A stretch of 64,000 nucleotides of DNA from IMG/VR virus record IMGVR_UViG_3300048091_000425; one strand, 5' to 3'. The notes below the pieces were generated by a model that saw only the letters and a program-made list of their open reading frames with translations, ran no database searches and had not been told where the DNA came from. Within the stretch, counting starts at the first letter, position 1. Each line of letters begins with the position of its first letter. The DNA is from a virus. Shown here piece by piece: positions 1-9,375 of the stretch. The translations under genes were made by a program, and so were the position numbers.

Positions 1-336
1 GACTGACCAGACTTCAACCGACAAGCTTTCAGGCAGCAACACCTGCACCAATACCGATTTTGTTTCTGGTGTAACGAACGTACACAGCGGTTTGCCTACA
101 GCCGGATCCACATCACCAAAAAAGGTGGTTACCGGTGGGCAGATTTCATTTCCGACTACCATCGCAGGTTTACCGCCGATCATGAACTTGGTGTAAGGCC
201 AGAACACGATAGTCATTCGCTCTGTATCCGGCGACAATTTTGCGAACTCAGTGCCAACCCTTACAGCCATATCCTTTGCTATATCGCAACCTGACAGGCT
301 GAGCGCCGCCAGCAACACCAGTGTCATGCGCTTCAT
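1..336 (-). CDS. Putative lipoprotein (3' end runs off window)
   Basis: Manual translation gives MKRMTLVLLAALSLSGC... with lipobox LSGC; ATGA overlap with the upstream ORF; frame open to the window edge. Confidence 0.7.
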   Translation of the reverse strand, partial: MKRMTLVLLAALSLSGCDIAKDMAVRVGTEFAKLSPDTERMTIVFWPYTKFMIGGKPAMVVGNEICPPVTTFFGDVDPAVGKPLCTFVTPETKSVLVQVLLPESLSVEVWSV

Positions 337-563
337 TGTTTATCGTCCGTGGTGATGATCTTGGGTGACTCTTCTTGCGTAACGCGGCCTGTACCAACCT
401 TCCAGCCCCTGATGTATGCCCGGCGCAGGTTATCGTCCTTTGGCCACGGACAGGCATGCCGGCAAGCCGTGATCGACATGTCACCTTGCGCCCGTCCCTC
501 TTTGCCAACCGAGAGACCTTTTTCGAACGCAGCTTCCGGCGTGATTTCCATTGGCTTTTCCAT
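333..563 (-). CDS. Rmf/CrpP-like small protein
   Basis: AFEKG...G...ACPWP....RRAYIRGW resembles the Rmf G..CPY....R..W..GW motif; start moved to ATG 563. Confidence 0.4.
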   Translation of the reverse strand: MEKPMEITPEAAFEKGLSVGKEGRAQGDMSITACRHACPWPKDDNLRRAYIRGWKVGTGRVTQEESPKIITTDDKQ

Positions 564-592
564 ATCAGAGCAGGCCCTGTGGGCAGTACCGA

Positions 593-955
593 TTATACCG
601 GCAGATAACAGGCTACCAGCGGCATACACAACCGAATGGTCGTCACCCGGTGCAACTGGGTTGGCGCATCAACGAATTTCGACAGGAACCCCAACCAAGA
701 GCTTACAAGCCGAAACGAAGGCTCTGTATCCGCTTCGAATTCAACTTTTGCAGCTTCAAACTGCGCTTCAGCGCGAACAAACACACGAGTGAGTTCGCAT
801 GCCTTCGCGATAAGACGGATGGTGTCGGCCTGGGCAACAAGCGCAGCATGGATATCTTCGTTCGACTCAGCATCTTCCATGCCGAGGAACACCTGTTCTG
901 CCATGGCGTCGATGTCGATACCTGCGGGGTCAATACTCGTCATTGTTTCACTCAC
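593..955 (-). CDS. Hypothetical protein
   Basis: 120 aa ORF directly abutting the DsbC-like gene. Confidence 0.6.
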   Translation of the reverse strand: MSETMTSIDPAGIDIDAMAEQVFLGMEDAESNEDIHAALVAQADTIRLIAKACELTRVFVRAEAQFEAAKVEFEADTEPSFRLVSSWLGFLSKFVDAPTQLHRVTTIRLCMPLVACYLPV

Positions 956-1615
956 TTATCGATAACCCTGGCTCATGATTTTGGCGCCCCAGAGCGCCCG
1001 CTCCGGCAAACCTTTGGCGACAGGCTCATTCACCCCTACCACCCAAAAACCGTCTTGAAAGAAGGTCGTGGGCGTCATCGACTCGTGAACATCAAAAACG
1101 AACTGAATTTGCGCCTCGAAGTTTTTCAATTCCTGGTCACTGCAAGACGACGCCTTCACAGCCTTGCCATTCACAACGTCATCGAACGCTTGTTTCGGGT
1201 TGCTGCCGCACCAGATGTTCCGATAAGTGACCCAGGCCGGATCATTCCTATCTCCCGCAGGAGTCGCCACGTAGCGCACCTCGATGCCTTTGGCATTGAA
1301 CTCGGGAACATGCTTGTGCATTTCACGGGTGGCCTGGCAGCTCGGGTCGGCCAGCATGTAGACATGCGCCTGGGGATTCGCTGGGCTGAAGGAGATGTAT
1401 TTGTCCGGTGCCAGCTTATCCATCGCATCGCGCACAAAGCGCAGCTGCTGGGCTGGTTTGGGCACCGGTGGCGAGGTGATTTCGGAAAGGAAGCCGCCGA
1501 AACTCTTGGCCGCATCACCGAGACCACCTTCAGCATGAGCGAGGGGTGCAGTGAGGGTCAGCATTGCGACAAGACCGATGCCAGAAAAGCCGAACGAAGT
1601 TCTTTTAGTAACCAT
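956..1615 (-). CDS. DsbC/DsbG-like periplasmic thioredoxin-fold protein with CxxT active site
   Basis: Signal peptide; DPSCQATREMH aligns with DsbC DITCGYCHKLH; IWC..C pair and TP cis-Pro loop retained. Confidence 0.75.
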   Translation of the reverse strand: MVTKRTSFGFSGIGLVAMLTLTAPLAHAEGGLGDAAKSFGGFLSEITSPPVPKPAQQLRFVRDAMDKLAPDKYISFSPANPQAHVYMLADPSCQATREMHKHVPEFNAKGIEVRYVATPAGDRNDPAWVTYRNIWCGSNPKQAFDDVVNGKAVKASSCSDQELKNFEAQIQFVFDVHESMTPTTFFQDGFWVVGVNEPVAKGLPERALWGAKIMSQGYR

Positions 1616-2010
1616 TATTTGACCTGTTTTTCATGATCAATTTCAGACGGACGCAAGTCGAACGCGTTGAGCGTCTCAGAACACGTCATTTTGGTGCCAG
1701 ACAAAGCGCCAGGCTCATCACCGCGCATGGCACCCTTCTCAGTCATCATCCACGGAACGCTGCCAGCCTCAGAAAATTTGGAGAAAGCCATGCCCTGCTT
1801 GTCGCAGAAAACATAAATTGGGTTCGATGGCGCCAGGCTGAAGAACATCTGCACCATCAGCAAACAAACGACGAAAACCCAGAATGGCACTCCGGTTCCC
1901 AGAAAGTTGTCACCAACCAGGTTGTACCGAATCTGGTAGATCCACCGGTTACGGCGGAGGATTTCAGCCTTCCTGACTGCGAACGACTTGAACGTGCTCT
2001 GACTGCTCAT
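1615..2010 (-). CDS. Hypothetical membrane protein
   Basis: One hydrophobic segment; coupled to the downstream gene. Confidence 0.55.
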   Translation of the reverse strand: MSSQSTFKSFAVRKAEILRRNRWIYQIRYNLVGDNFLGTGVPFWVFVVCLLMVQMFFSLAPSNPIYVFCDKQGMAFSKFSEAGSVPWMMTEKGAMRGDEPGALSGTKMTCSETLNAFDLRPSEIDHEKQVK

Positions 2011-2013
2011 GCA

Positions 2014-2765
2014 TCAAGCCTCTGGCCGAGTTGATTTATCCAGCTTGAATTTGTCCCGAACAGTCTCAGCCATGGCTTCCAACCACTGAGCGACGGTTTC
2101 GGCCCCTTCAGCGTCTACAGCTTCTTCCAGAAAGATCGCTTCAGCATCTACTGTTAAGAGCCCAAAGCTCTTGTCGTCGATCCGCCCGCTTTCTTGGGCG
2201 GCAAGGAGAGGAAGAACATTGATGAAAAAACTCGGTTTATCGCCGGCATCGACTGCTTCCTGCTGAGGCACTGAGTAACTGAGGGCGACCAGCTCGCCAG
2301 CGTTTGTCCGCTCGGTGCATTGAGTCAGCATTTTTTAAAACTCTCGATGTACGCAATCACCGAGTCTTCGGTGGGTTGAGCCAGGCCATGATACGAGAAG
2401 AAATGGAACTCTTCTTCGTCTTCATCCCACTGGGCCAGCTGAGCAGCATCGAACGACCAACGCTGGCCATCGTGCGAAAAATCAGTCCAGCCTTCAGCCA
2501 GTTTTTCAGCGTCCACGACATCTTCCTGGACTTGAATCGGCTCGGTGGTAGGTAGTGGGTCTGGATTAAGCCGCTTCATCTCTGCGGCAACCAGTTCGCC
2601 GGCCTCCACAGCCCAGTCGACCCATTCCTTGCGCTGCCAGTAGCAAGGTTCATCCTCCCCAGGGAGGCGAACTTCGTGTTGTTTACCGCGATTGACCGAA
2701 CGAGCGACACTGATCAGATCGAGCAGCGCTTCGCGGGGGATTTTGACCAAGGTGTCGTCGCTCAC
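2014..2765 (-). other. Two coupled hypothetical genes (2014-2331, 2325-2765)
   Basis: Overlapping acidic ORFs in operon arrangement. Confidence 0.55.
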
Positions 2766-3139
2766 AGTGAATTCCTTTTTGAAGGCCTTAAAGCCCCCGG
2801 CGCACCAGGGGCGATCCGATTAAGCCGCTCGAGCTTGCTTCATGAACTCGTCGCGTCGCATGCGAAACTCAGCAGCGATCTTGAGTTGGCGTTTTTCCCC
2901 GCTGATGCGGTAGCCGATGGCCTGGTGATTCAGGTTCCGTGCACGTTGGACGCATTCTTCTTTGCTCATCTGGCAAGCCCTCCAAGGCCTTTGGTGTCAC
3001 AGATTGCTTTGGGGCCTCTTCGGCACCTTGAAATCATCAACTCACGCCAACCGCATAAAGCAGTCGGCCAAACCCTTATGTACTGTAACTCCGTACAGGA
3101 TAATGGTGGTTTAGAAAGAGTGCAATGAATCTCTAGCGT

Positions 3140-3538
3140 TTATTTATCCATCCAGGTCGCCGGGTACGACCCGCTGGTTGTCTTGCCGTGTTCGTTGGCG
3201 TAGTGCAGATGCACCGCTTTGCTTCGCCAGGTGAAGCCGCGCTCGTCGATCACACTTGGCAATTCATGGGCAACCATTTCACGCAGATTGCCGTCATCGT
3301 CGAAGAGGAATTCGTGCATCCGTCGACTTTCCATCTGCCATGGAAGCTTCGGATCGGTGACATCATAACGGTACGAGCGGTGGGCGTCGAAATTGCGCAT
3401 GACAAAATTGCCATTGTTGTCGAACAGAGCATTTACGTGGCGGCGAACCTCCAGGCGCACTTTGGCGACAAAATTATCGTCTTCGATGTGGCGAAAATTC
3501 TTTTCCAGCTCGATTATTTCTTCGTATGTTAGGTTCAT
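3140..3538 (-). CDS. Hypothetical protein
   Basis: 132 aa ORF from ORF track, consistent with strand block. Confidence 0.6.
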   Translation of the reverse strand: MNLTYEEIIELEKNFRHIEDDNFVAKVRLEVRRHVNALFDNNGNFVMRNFDAHRSYRYDVTDPKLPWQMESRRMHEFLFDDDGNLREMVAHELPSVIDERGFTWRSKAVHLHYANEHGKTTSGSYPATWMDK

Positions 3539-3652
3539 GGTGCCAGTCCAGTTGAACAGTTTAAGGATTTTCTGCGGCGGAAGGATCCGCCGCTCAATCG
3601 GTCAGCAAATACCCGGTCAGAACCAGGCATAACCGGTCGGTAATACAGCGGT

Positions 3653-4222
3653 TTAATACATAATACGAATCTTATCGTTTTTGTATTCACCGACCAGGTC
3701 GTAAATAACTTCAAATATCTCTTCAGTCCATGCCAATTCGAAATCCTGTTGGTGGCTGCGAAGATATTGGCGATGTAATGCAATACGGCTCTGGTCATCA
3801 ATTTCCGAGAGATTATCTATGTATTGCCTAACAAATTCATAGTCCTGCACCTGCTTACGACTAGGTTTTCCGGTGGCTTTTTTGATTTTTTCGTGGATGG
3901 CAGAGATCACCAGTTTTTTACTACCGCCAACCGATTTGAATTTGGCAAAAACCCTCCAAACGTGCCAGAAATTCTGGTAGAGAGGTCGTTTGACTTCCCC
4001 AGCTGGATCGTTTCGGTACTCGGAATACCAAATTTGTGAAGATCCAATCGCCTTCCCTTCTGGATCTTTTCCACGATAACCTTTTCTTCTAGCCCACCTA
4101 TCAAAATGTGAGCCAGAATTATTAAAATCGTGAATACTTTTCCCTGTTCTAGCTGCAACTTCTTTCAGCAAGTCACTGAAAACAATGACCGGTTCACCTT
4201 TAACTATTTTGACCAATGACAT
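3653..4222 (-). CDS. Hypothetical protein (AT-richer segment)
   Basis: 189 aa ORF; visibly lower GC than neighbours. Confidence 0.55.
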   Translation of the reverse strand: MSLVKIVKGEPVIVFSDLLKEVAARTGKSIHDFNNSGSHFDRWARRKGYRGKDPEGKAIGSSQIWYSEYRNDPAGEVKRPLYQNFWHVWRVFAKFKSVGGSKKLVISAIHEKIKKATGKPSRKQVQDYEFVRQYIDNLSEIDDQSRIALHRQYLRSHQQDFELAWTEEIFEVIYDLVGEYKNDKIRIMY

Positions 4223-4281
4223 GAACTGAAACCTTTATAGAAAAGTTATTACGTCAGTGATTGAGTTTTAAGATATCAGGC

Positions 4282-4860
4282 CTAGCTAATCCAGCGCTCG
4301 AAGCTCTCAGCCTGGGTGCGAAAGCAATACCAGCCATTGCCGGTATCGTTAAGTCCCCAGAACGCGCCAGCGGCCTTTACAGCTTCAACGTCGTCACGCG
4401 GTACGCTGAGTAGCAGGCGATCTTCTTCGCCGGCTGCAGTGATCAGCGGGGACGTCAGCCACTGCAAGAACGGCCCGCCCTCCTCGGCCTCAGCTGGTGT
4501 GCAACCCCAGTGCTTGAAGATTGGTAACCACTCCGCGCCAGCGGCTTTAGCTTCGCCCCTGCCTTCAAACGGAACCTTGAGGATCACCCATGTCTGGTCG
4601 AACAACAGGACGGGCGCTGGCGACGGATCAACAAGCTTCAGACCTTTGATGGCTTTGTCGGTGAGCTGGCGCAAACCACGCTGCCCGTCGTGCAGGCAGT
4701 GGGTGTAGAGGCCCGCCGAACCGAATGAGCAGTAACAATCGCGCTCCGTCAGGCTGCGCAGTTGCCAGCCTGATTTGATCAGGCTCTTTGCCTGGGTACT
4801 GCTCACCTTGTCGCTGTTGAGCAAGTCCTTGATGTGCAGAGGGTGTTCGAGTGAATCCAT
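4282..4860 (-). CDS. Protein with two DUF5710-like repeats
   Basis: LKVPFEGRGEAKAAGAEW and LSVPRDDVEAVKAAGAFW match the L.VP..e...aKa.GA.W motif. Confidence 0.6.
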   Translation of the reverse strand: MDSLEHPLHIKDLLNSDKVSSTQAKSLIKSGWQLRSLTERDCYCSFGSAGLYTHCLHDGQRGLRQLTDKAIKGLKLVDPSPAPVLLFDQTWVILKVPFEGRGEAKAAGAEWLPIFKHWGCTPAEAEEGGPFLQWLTSPLITAAGEEDRLLLSVPRDDVEAVKAAGAFWGLNDTGNGWYCFRTQAESFERWIS

Positions 4861-4877
4861 TCCAAACTCCTATACCG

Positions 4878-5222
4878 CTAATCAATGAGTGCCTGAATGC
4901 GTGCCAGGACATCGTTAACCACCTCGATAGGTAACAACCCATCGAAAACAGCGTCCCTGGCCACAAGGTCAACAGTGAAGACCTGATTGCACAGAACAAC
5001 AGCCTGCGAACTCGTGCCGAAGTACTCGCTGATAGGGACTGCAAAGCCTGCATGCCTTGCGAAGTCGCCACCCAGGGAGATCGGAGCCACAAGCGCGAGT
5101 CCGCTGGCGTTGTACAGCGCAGGTGTAAGAACAAGCGCAGGCCGGGACTCGAGGTATTCATCACCGGCAGCACTCATCATGACCATGATGATGTCGCCTC
5201 GGGCGAATTTGGCTCCGCTCAT
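4878..5222 (-). CDS. mazF: MazF/ChpB/PemK-family endoribonuclease toxin
   Basis: RGDII..., RPALVLTP..YN, VAPIS, VLCNQVFTVD motifs; overlaps antitoxin. Confidence 0.9.
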   Translation of the reverse strand: MSGAKFARGDIIMVMMSAAGDEYLESRPALVLTPALYNASGLALVAPISLGGDFARHAGFAVPISEYFGTSSQAVVLCNQVFTVDLVARDAVFDGLLPIEVVNDVLARIQALID

Positions 5223-5473
5223 ACTTCACGACCTTGAGGTACCATTGTCTTCCAGGCGGCGAGATCTGCAGGTTCTGGAGCAGTCAGATCACATTGAGCC
5301 ACGAGGTCGGCCAGACGATAATGTGGCCTGACGTTAAGCGGCTTGAGCGTCATCGCCTCGGCAGACACATCGAGCGACAGAAGATCGCCACTGACCAAGC
5401 CCATTTGCTTGAGCACCGTCGCCGGCAATCGAATGCCGACGCTATTGCCCCACTGCTGAATTTTCACTTGCAT
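5219..5473 (-). CDS. mazE: MazE/ChpS AbrB-family antitoxin
   Basis: MQVKIQQWGNSVGIRLPA...YRLADLVAQCD...G.EV; immediately upstream of toxin. Confidence 0.9.
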   Translation of the reverse strand: MQVKIQQWGNSVGIRLPATVLKQMGLVSGDLLSLDVSAEAMTLKPLNVRPHYRLADLVAQCDLTAPEPADLAAWKTMVPQGREV

Positions 5474-5663
5474 AACCACCTCCTGCTGAGAGTCGAGAAT
5501 AGCCCCAAGCCAGCAAGATCCGCAAGCATTTTGTATATACATTGTTTATACATTTGTTTGAAGGGCTGAGGCCTGGCGTGCAGAGGCATTGATCAGAAAA
5601 AAGATCGCCCATTCCGCGCCAGCGGCTACCGCTTTGCTCCCGCCCTAAGGCCGGCCTCAAAGA

Positions 5664-6014
5664 TCAAAAATATGGGTGAGTCTCTTCAGTCTTTCCTGAA
5701 AGCTTTAGCGCCACCGCGTGGCCGACCCTGGTCAACTTCACGAACTGGGTGTCCCGATGCCATTGCTCCCAGATCGACTGATGCACCAGCCCTTTTTCGA
5801 CCAGAGACTGCGCCGTTCGCCGGCTGATTTCGAAGCCAAACTTGCCCCGGTGGTACCAGCATTGCTCTTTTGAGCCTGAGCGGCGGTTTTGGTCGTATGA
5901 AAAAGTCATTGCCTCAATCAGGACGGCCTGCTGATTCGGGGTCAGCGATTTTGCAGCGAGATCGATATCCACGACCTGGTCTGCTGCACCGTCGGCATGA
6001 GTTTGCGCAACCAT
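5664..6014 (-). CDS. Hypothetical protein, possible winged helix
   Basis: RRTAQSLVEKGLV...VKLTRVG wing-like C-terminus. Confidence 0.45.
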   Translation of the reverse strand: MVAQTHADGAADQVVDIDLAAKSLTPNQQAVLIEAMTFSYDQNRRSGSKEQCWYHRGKFGFEISRRTAQSLVEKGLVHQSIWEQWHRDTQFVKLTRVGHAVALKLSGKTEETHPYF

Positions 6015-6078
6015 GTTTTTGAGTCCTTTCCGGCAAGGCCGGGCTTCCGGCCTTTGTTCGCTGTTAATTTGTATCGAC

Positions 6079-6444
6079 CTACTCTTTGATCGACATGCCC
6101 AGCAGCACGGCGGCGTAGAAGATCGCCAAACGGGTGGCGGCTACCTTGTCGTCACCATGCAACACAGTGACGGCGCAGTCGAATCGCCCTCTCGGGTGGC
6201 AAACTACTTCCGTGGTCTTGCCGCTGGTTTTGCCAATCTGTTCGATCTGAATATCCAGGGCCGCCGCCAGCGCCAGGGCATCATCGCCGTTGGTTTTTGG
6301 CCGCCAGTACTCAAACGACGGCATGATCGCCGGTGGCATATCATCCATGCGCGGCCATTCGATAGTCAGGCCTACGGCTTTAGCGGCGAAGTCGACCTGC
6401 TCTCGCTCAGTGAGATTCTGCATTTTGGTCAGTTCTTGGTTCAT
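6079..6444 (-). CDS. Phage/MGE-type hypothetical protein
   Basis: W.P..N.DDALALAAAL.I.I...ATRLAI motif typical of small phage proteins. Confidence 0.55.
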   Translation of the reverse strand: MNQELTKMQNLTEREQVDFAAKAVGLTIEWPRMDDMPPAIMPSFEYWRPKTNGDDALALAAALDIQIEQIGKTSGKTTEVVCHPRGRFDCAVTVLHGDDKVAATRLAIFYAAVLLGMSIKE

Positions 6445-6488
6445 CGTGTGCGTCCTTGTTTTCAGTTGAGATCGAGTTTATCGAAATA

Positions 6489-7343
6489 TCAAGTGTTCGG
6501 GGCAAAAGCCTGGTTTGACGACATGACTTCCAGGTGGAGCCCCAAATTCGTGACGCCGGCCCGCGCAAACTGAGCTGCAACAGCCGCCGACTTGAGCTCA
6601 CGCTTTGGTAGCAAAATTACCGTGGCCCGGTGCGGCACCGGCATATCAACCCGAAAATAAGTGGCCGTCAGAGCACGCATCGAATTGAATAAATCGAGGT
6701 CGAACTCGATGGACTTGTTCAATACGTACAGATCATAGTCTTCACAAAGTCCCCGCACCGCTTTGTTGCTGATGTGGTAGCTGTGCAGAGCGCCTGTAAC
6801 CGGAACTTTGGCATTCAGCTTGCCGGCGATGTAGCGAGCAGCGGCGAGCCGCTCAATACCGACTTCTCCGTCAAGGAACATGCGCCCGTCCCAACCGTAG
6901 AACCTGAAGACCCCTTCTCCGCTCATCAAAACACGCAAATCAGGATCTTCCAGCGCCTTAGCCAAGGCTTCCTCGCTGATTTCTTCCACCAGGTGAGGGT
7001 AATTTAGCTTCACGAAGCGATCCAGGCAGTCGAAACCCTGCAGGAAATATGTTGAGGACGTCATACCTGCGATATCGCGGAGATCGCCTTCCCAGCGCTC
7101 AACTTCGTCGACCGAAAAATTGGCGATGTCGTAGAAACACTCATGAAAATTACCCCACAACCCGTTCTCTTGACGCACACCCATCAGGTAACCAGGCTTG
7201 CCGGAAGGTGTGTCGTACTGGCCGAAGTGCTGCCACTGGGTCACGCTGGTGGCGACAATGTCTTTGGCAGCAGTCGGCGTAAAAAATAGATCGCTGTGCT
7301 TCTTGAGCAACTGCTGGATGGTCAGTGCAGTGGACTCGGTCAT
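6489..7343 (-). CDS. DUF6685-like protein
   Basis: W.GDL.DI.G..SS, F..LD, WDGRMFL...AAARYIA pattern. Confidence 0.55.
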   Translation of the reverse strand: MTESTALTIQQLLKKHSDLFFTPTAAKDIVATSVTQWQHFGQYDTPSGKPGYLMGVRQENGLWGNFHECFYDIANFSVDEVERWEGDLRDIAGMTSSTYFLQGFDCLDRFVKLNYPHLVEEISEEALAKALEDPDLRVLMSGEGVFRFYGWDGRMFLDGEVGIERLAAARYIAGKLNAKVPVTGALHSYHISNKAVRGLCEDYDLYVLNKSIEFDLDLFNSMRALTATYFRVDMPVPHRATVILLPKRELKSAAVAAQFARAGVTNLGLHLEVMSSNQAFAPNT

Positions 7344-7618
7344 TTTTTAACGGCCTGCAATTGAGAGATGGCCGCTTCAAAAGCGCCAGCGCCAAGGTCG
7401 CGGTCATACAGCCAGGTTTCGACTTCGTCTGAACTCAGATCCACTTTCATCACGAACCCGTCGAGATAGTCGAAGTAGCAGTCACCAACCAACAGGCTAC
7501 GGGCCTTTTCCAGGCTCAATCCGTTCACTACCTGGCCAAGCTGGATCTTCTGCGAGGCGTAAAACAAAGCGATCAGCACTTCTGCCTTGTCGAGCTTTGC
7601 GATATTGATGATGCTCAT
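7340..7618 (-). CDS. Hypothetical protein
   Basis: YFDYLDG.VMKVDL...YDRD.G.GA motif; coupled to neighbour. Confidence 0.6.
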   Translation of the reverse strand: MSIINIAKLDKAEVLIALFYASQKIQLGQVVNGLSLEKARSLLVGDCYFDYLDGFVMKVDLSSDEVETWLYDRDLGAGAFEAAISQLQAVKK

Positions 7619-7642
7619 AGGAGTCCTATTGTAAATGCGGTA

Positions 7643-7966
7643 TTAGAGTAGAAAGCGAATCTTGACCGGATTTTTCTCGGTGGGTTCGTACTTCTGCTCC
7701 GGGTGAAAGTGCAGGAAAGTACGCGAACTGCTTTTGATCGGGCATTTTCCTGCTTGGTGATCAGCCTCAACCTTCCCGCAGTGCTTGCAGCGATACCGCA
7801 AAATCAGCTGATAGGTATTTTCCGGATGGAATGTCGCCTGTTCGCCTTCGGCAGTAGGCATAGGGCAACGCAGGTCAGTTGCGTGGTGCTTACCCTTCAG
7901 CTTTCCGCAGTGCTTGCAGGTGTAGATCGCGTCCTGCTCAGCCTGGGTCAGTTTTTTGGTGGCCAT
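7643..7966 (-). CDS. Small protein with two CxxC-H-C zinc-finger-like repeats
   Basis: Y.CKHCGK....H.A..CP.....FHPE.. occurs twice. Confidence 0.65.
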   Translation of the reverse strand: MATKKLTQAEQDAIYTCKHCGKLKGKHHATDLRCPMPTAEGEQATFHPENTYQLILRYRCKHCGKVEADHQAGKCPIKSSSRTFLHFHPEQKYEPTEKNPVKIRFLL

Positions 7967-7988
7967 GATGAATTCCGTGTCTAAAGGG

Positions 7989-8321
7989 TTAGGCTTGAGC
8001 GCCGTCGTAGTAACGCAGGTAATCGTAGATCGCTGTGTTCAGGTTGATTGCGAAGAACCTGGCAACAGTCGTGTAGCCATCGGATTCAAGGATCCCGAGC
8101 TTTGGATGTTTTGCATCGAGCTTGGCGAGAGCAGAAAAGATTTCCTCGGCAATATCGCCCCAGGTACGTTCGCCAGCTTTGGCGAATTCAAGCGCTGCGA
8201 CGAGCACCTCGTTGAGCTCTTTGACCACTTCATCATTGCCTTCCGGCAATCGCCAGTCGTCGTTGTCTGGAAGCGCAACCGTCAGGAGCAACGCGTTTTC
8301 TTTCTCGTTCAGTGTCGGCAT
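7989..8321 (-). CDS. Small acidic hypothetical protein
   Basis: 110 aa; RBS GAAGGA; own promoter at 8358-8386. Confidence 0.7.
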   Translation of the reverse strand: MPTLNEKENALLLTVALPDNDDWRLPEGNDEVVKELNEVLVAALEFAKAGERTWGDIAEEIFSALAKLDAKHPKLGILESDGYTTVARFFAINLNTAIYDYLRYYDGAQA

Positions 8322-8357
8322 TCGCTGAATCCTTCAAATGTATGCTTCGATGGCTAC

Positions 8358-8386
8358 AATATACAGCTCTAGCGTTATACACGCAA
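8358..8386 (-). promoter_or_regulatory. sigma70 promoter with operator in spacer
   Basis: TTGCGT-17-TATATT; spacer contains GTATAACGCTAGAG. Confidence 0.7.
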
Positions 8387-8434
8387 GCCGACTTTAGCGG
8401 TGACCTTTCGCGAAACTGGTCTATGGAGCCGGGC

Positions 8435-8845
8435 TCAGTCGCAGCCCTGCTTCATCGTCTTCTGTTGGTGCATCCGCACCTTTTCCTCGACTTCTTTTGC
8501 GTCCTTGCGCTCCATGAACTTGTTGAAGGCTGAGAGGCTTTTAAACGACCCCTTGAAGTCGGCCATGAACAGACTCAGCTCCTCCCCTTCCAGGCCGGTG
8601 ACGGCGCTGACCATCTCGCCGGTGAACTTCGTCTTTACGAGGTTCTTGCGCTCAAGACCCAGGAGGCACTTCTGGTAGTCGGCATCCGCCTTTGGAAATG
8701 GCGTCATGCGCAGGGCGCTCCTTGCCGGTACTCGGCGAGGGCCTTTTTCAGGCGGGGTTTCAGCCTGAAGCTGCTGGTGGTCTTTCTCGCTCGGCGTCTT
8801 CACGGTCAGAGTCCTTAAATATTCATTAGGCTGGCGTAAAGCCAC
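8435..8845 (-). CDS. Hypothetical protein
   Basis: 136 aa ORF behind promoter 8863-8891. Confidence 0.6.
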   Translation of the reverse strand: MALRQPNEYLRTLTVKTPSEKDHQQLQAETPPEKGPRRVPARSALRMTPFPKADADYQKCLLGLERKNLVKTKFTGEMVSAVTGLEGEELSLFMADFKGSFKSLSAFNKFMERKDAKEVEEKVRMHQQKTMKQGCD

Positions 8846-8862
8846 CGTTTCTCTATGAGCTC

Positions 8863-8891
8863 AATGTACACCTCTAGCGTTATACGTGCAA
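8863..8891 (-). promoter_or_regulatory. sigma70 promoter with operator in spacer
   Basis: TTGCAC-17-TACATT; spacer contains GTATAACGCTAGAG. Confidence 0.7.
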
Positions 8892-9106
8892 GAGGTTCAT
8901 CAACTTGAGTCACTCCGGCCTAAAATGTTACTTTTTTTCTGCGAGACTCCCGTCGGTGGCGTTAGCGATGGACGCCCGAAGGGCCGAGACCGAAGGGCTC
9001 GGTTCACGACAGCGCGGGCCGCCAGGCAACGCAGAAACCCTGCCCCGCATCCGCCCCCTCTGTCCGACCTGTAGGGGGAGCACATAGAGAGTCAGTAAGA
9101 GGAGAA

Positions 9107-9320
9107 GACTTAAAACTTAAACCTCGGGACTTAAACCGACTTAACCCTGACCTCGACCGCCAACCACCTCCAAAGCCCTTTACTTACAGGGCAATCGGCT
9201 TACAAAACCTGCGCGTCAATTCATGCGATAAGTCTTGACCGTATGACTCTAGGGATTTATTCTTAAGTCCAAGCAAAAACCCCACGAGTTTTAAGTATCG
9301 GGTATACAGCCGGGTTAAGT
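9107..9320. repeat. Cluster of ACTTAA direct and inverted repeats in divergent intergenic region
   Basis: Direct copies at 9107, 9115, 9128, 9138; inverted copies at ~9263, 9290, 9313. Confidence 0.55.
9235..9263 (+). promoter_or_regulatory. sigma70 promoter with variant operator in spacer
   Basis: TTGACC-17-TATTCT; spacer starts GTATGACTCTAGGG. Confidence 0.65.
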
Positions 9321-9375
9321 TTTAACGCTGCCAGGTGAAGCTCAATCCATTATTTTAGTTTTCGGATGGCCGACG

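Noticed and set aside
551-1636. Long plus-strand ORFs (551-1636, also 28291-28953, 30367-31176, 32639-33478, 34153-35358)
   Set aside because: Antisense shadows of well-supported minus-strand genes, with no motifs or RBS
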